Assembly: GCA_963737065.1 (NCBI GenBank)
Contig: CAVTRC010000002.1
Coordinates: 416,001-480,000 of the forward strand
Source of the DNA: Candidatus Eremiobacteria bacterium
GTDB taxonomy: Bacteria > Vulcanimicrobiota > Vulcanimicrobiia > Vulcanimicrobiales > Vulcanimicrobiaceae
Reading direction: 5' to 3'
DNA: 64,000 nt
In this document: piece by piece, positions 62,007 through 64,000 of the stretch
Layout: each line of letters starts with the position of its first letter
How positions within the stretch are numbered: position 1 is the stretch's first letter
Made by a program: the position numbers and the translations under genes
Notes under the pieces: generated by a model
The model's input: only the letters and a program-made list of their open reading frames with translations
What the model was told of the DNA's origin: nothing
Databases searched by the model: none

Positions 62007-62527
62007 AGCAACACGTCGCGCTCGTCGGCTTTATGGCTTCAGGGAAGTCGACGATCGGGAAAAAGCTGGCCCGCAAGCTGAAGTGCGCGTTCTTTGATAC
62101 CGACGACCTCATCGTACGCGAACACGGCGAGGTGTCGGATATTTTTTACGACGAGGGCGAAAAGGCGTTCCGCGGCTACGAGCTCGACGCGGTGTCCCAG
62201 GTTTTCGCCGACGGACAACCGGGTGTTGTTGCACTCGGCGGCGGCGCCCTTACGCACGAGCCGACGTCGAAGCTCTTGAAAAAACGAGCGTATCGTATCT
62301 TCATCAAGATTTCTCCCGAACAAGTGGCTGAGCGGTTGCGCAAGAGCAAACGCGTCCGTCCATTGCTCGGACCGAGCCCTGCGCTCTCGAAAATTAAGGA
62401 ATTGTACACGAAGCGAATGCCGCAATACGCACATGCGGATTTCGTCGTGGAAGCGGACGGCATGAGCACTTCGCAAATCGTGGATGCGATCGTCGAGTGG
62501 CTGCACAAGAAGAAGATCGAGATTTAA
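62003..62527 (+). CDS. aroK: Shikimate kinase
   Basis: GFMASGKSTIG, GE..FR..E, LGGG, RPLL, R.P.Y. Confidence 0.95.
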   Translation: MKQHVALVGFMASGKSTIGKKLARKLKCAFFDTDDLIVREHGEVSDIFYDEGEKAFRGYELDAVSQVFADGQPGVVALGGGALTHEPTSKLLKKRAYRIFIKISPEQVAERLRKSKRVRPLLGPSPALSKIKELYTKRMPQYAHADFVVEADGMSTSQIVDAIVEWLHKKKIEI

Positions 62528-63588
62528 TCGTCAACACCGATCTCGGTTATCCCGTCTGCATCGGTGACGACACACGCCCGGCGATCGCGACATTCGTGCA
62601 GCATCGCGCTCAGCGTTGCATCGTTCTTGCCGACGTGAATCCAAACGTCATGAATATCGCGCGCGATATCGGCCGAAACAAGGGCGTCGTTACGGTTCGT
62701 CCGGTTGCGCTCGGTGAATCGCGCAAACGCTTGTCGACGGTCGAACGCGTCCATGAAACGTTGCTCGAGGCCGGCGCCGATCGCGACTCTCTCGTTATCG
62801 GTGTCGGCGGCGGCGTCGCAAGCGATCTTTTCGGTTTTGCCGCGGCGACGTACATGCGTGGAGTTTCGTATATACACGTCGCGACGACGCTCGTTGCGAT
62901 GGTCGACGCATCGATCGGCGGCAAGACCGGCGTCGATTTGCGCGGCGGGAAAAATATCGCAGGCGTCTTCCGAGATCCCGTCGCCGTATTCGCACACGTC
63001 GATGCATTGCAGACGCTGCCCTACCGTCAGATTCGTGAGGGGCTTGCAGAGGTGCTGAAAGTAGCGATCGTCGAGGGCGACGAATTTTACGAGTCGATCG
63101 AGGCACTCGCACCGCATCCGTTCTGGCGCTGGCCGTGGCTCGAGATCGTTGCGCAGGCGATTAAAGTGAAGACCATGATCGTTGCCGACGATCGCGAAGA
63201 AGCGGGAATGCGGGCGTTGCTCAACCTCGGCCACACGTTCGCCCACGCGCTTGAAACGGCCAGCGACTATCGCGTGTCGCACGGGGTCGGCGTGGCGCTC
63301 GGCTTGCGCGCCGCCGGCTTGCTCGCGATACGCACTGGACGGTATTCGGAAGAAGAACATTTGCGGGTTCTCGCGACGATGGCGCTGCTCGGGATGCCCC
63401 TGTCGACGTCCGTCGATGCGCGGGACGCGTTCGTCGCGATGCAGAGCGATAAGAAGAAACGCGACCGGAAACTGCGCTTCGTGCTGCCGCGCAGGATCGG
63501 CGACGTCGAATACGGCGTCGAAGCGGCCGATCGCCTCGTGAGATCCGTTCTGACGCGGCTGCAACGTTTGCCCGAATCCTTCGGGTAA
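62497..63588 (+). CDS. aroB: 3-dehydroquinate synthase (start uncertain)
   Basis: GE..K, GGGV..D..GF.AA.Y.RG, TTL.A.VDASIGGKTG, LNLGHT..HA.E, HG. Confidence 0.95.
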   Translation: MAAQEEDRDLIVNTDLGYPVCIGDDTRPAIATFVQHRAQRCIVLADVNPNVMNIARDIGRNKGVVTVRPVALGESRKRLSTVERVHETLLEAGADRDSLVIGVGGGVASDLFGFAAATYMRGVSYIHVATTLVAMVDASIGGKTGVDLRGGKNIAGVFRDPVAVFAHVDALQTLPYRQIREGLAEVLKVAIVEGDEFYESIEALAPHPFWRWPWLEIVAQAIKVKTMIVADDREEAGMRALLNLGHTFAHALETASDYRVSHGVGVALGLRAAGLLAIRTGRYSEEEHLRVLATMALLGMPLSTSVDARDAFVAMQSDKKKRDRKLRFVLPRRIGDVEYGVEAADRLVRSVLTRLQRLPESFG

Positions 63589-63599
63589 CGGTAACCGGC

Positions 63600-64000
63600 A
63601 TGCGTGCCGTTGATGCGCTCGCGGCGATTCGTTCACCGCGCTTCAACCTGCCGCTCACGTACGATGCGCGCGATTTAGATCTGCACGTGGGCGACGTGGT
63701 ACGCGTGCCGCTCGGAACGCGGGACGTCATTGCGTTCGTCGTCTCAGACGTGCGCGAAGCGCGCGCCGACGCGAAGCTCAAAGGTGTCAGCGAAAAGCTT
63801 GACGTGCCGCGCGCGTTCGATGAAACCGGGTTGTATCTCGCGCGCTTCATCGCAGACTATTATGTTTGCACGCTCGGCGACGCGCTTTCCGCCGTCGTGC
63901 TCTCCGCTGCCGTCCCGCGGATGCTCGATTCGTTTGCGCGCACGGTCGCACAACCGAATCCGAAGCGCTACCCGTCCGTGCCCGTGCGTTTCGTGCGATT
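63600..64000 (+). CDS. priA: Primosomal protein N' (5' part, runs off the window)
   Basis: Open frame from ATG 63600: ...PLTY...L.VGD.VRVPLG.R.V..FV...LA.FIA.YY.C.LG..L... Confidence 0.85.
   Translation, partial: MRAVDALAAIRSPRFNLPLTYDARDLDLHVGDVVRVPLGTRDVIAFVVSDVREARADAKLKGVSEKLDVPRAFDETGLYLARFIADYYVCTLGDALSAVVLSAAVPRMLDSFARTVAQPNPKRYPSVPVRFVR

Noticed and set aside
5770..63636. Many long antisense or alternate-frame ORFs (for example 25182-26318, 36384-37565, 38795-39898, 62524-63636)
   Set aside because: Shadow ORFs expected in high-GC coding DNA. They are Arg-rich or mirror real genes and lack recognisable motifs.

Overview
High-GC, mostly core bacterial chromosome segment. Gene content and style suggest Vulcanimicrobiota (Eremiobacterota/WPS-2), but this is an inference and was not checked by search. 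It opens with the 3' part of a 23S rRNA gene interrupted by a 283-nt ORF-less group I intron at E. coli position 1931, then 5S rRNA and a terminator. A short damaged zone follows (S9 peptidase remnant, two frameshifted sorbosone-dehydrogenase-like paralogs). Next are PPi-PFK, pckA, DmpA peptidase, GNAT, a GntR gene with a 46-aa membrane peptide, and a TPR-sulfotransferase divergent from flagellin with back-to-back sigma28-type promoters. Then come an aldehyde dehydrogenase, a MalT-like ATPase/HD-GYP/S53 protease operon, a CCG-type (type E) succinate dehydrogenase, a diguanylate cyclase, intein-containing dnaE and a HisD homologue lacking catalytic histidines. ftsQ is separated from ftsA-ftsZ by an MCP and two PP2C/HATPase genes. 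After these are thyX with an HNH intein, a type IV pilus operon containing a SigB/F-like sigma factor and a CcdA-like gene, a BlaI/M56 system whose sensor and secreted partner share a 29-aa repeat, HU with a lysine-rich tail, PfpI, aroC-aroK-aroB and the start of priA. No CRISPR array, tRNA or IS element was seen. The best candidates for undescribed biology are the sigma28-coupled flagellin/sulfotransferase pair, the pilus operon with its own sigma factor and structured leader, and the repeat-sharing BlaI/M56 module.
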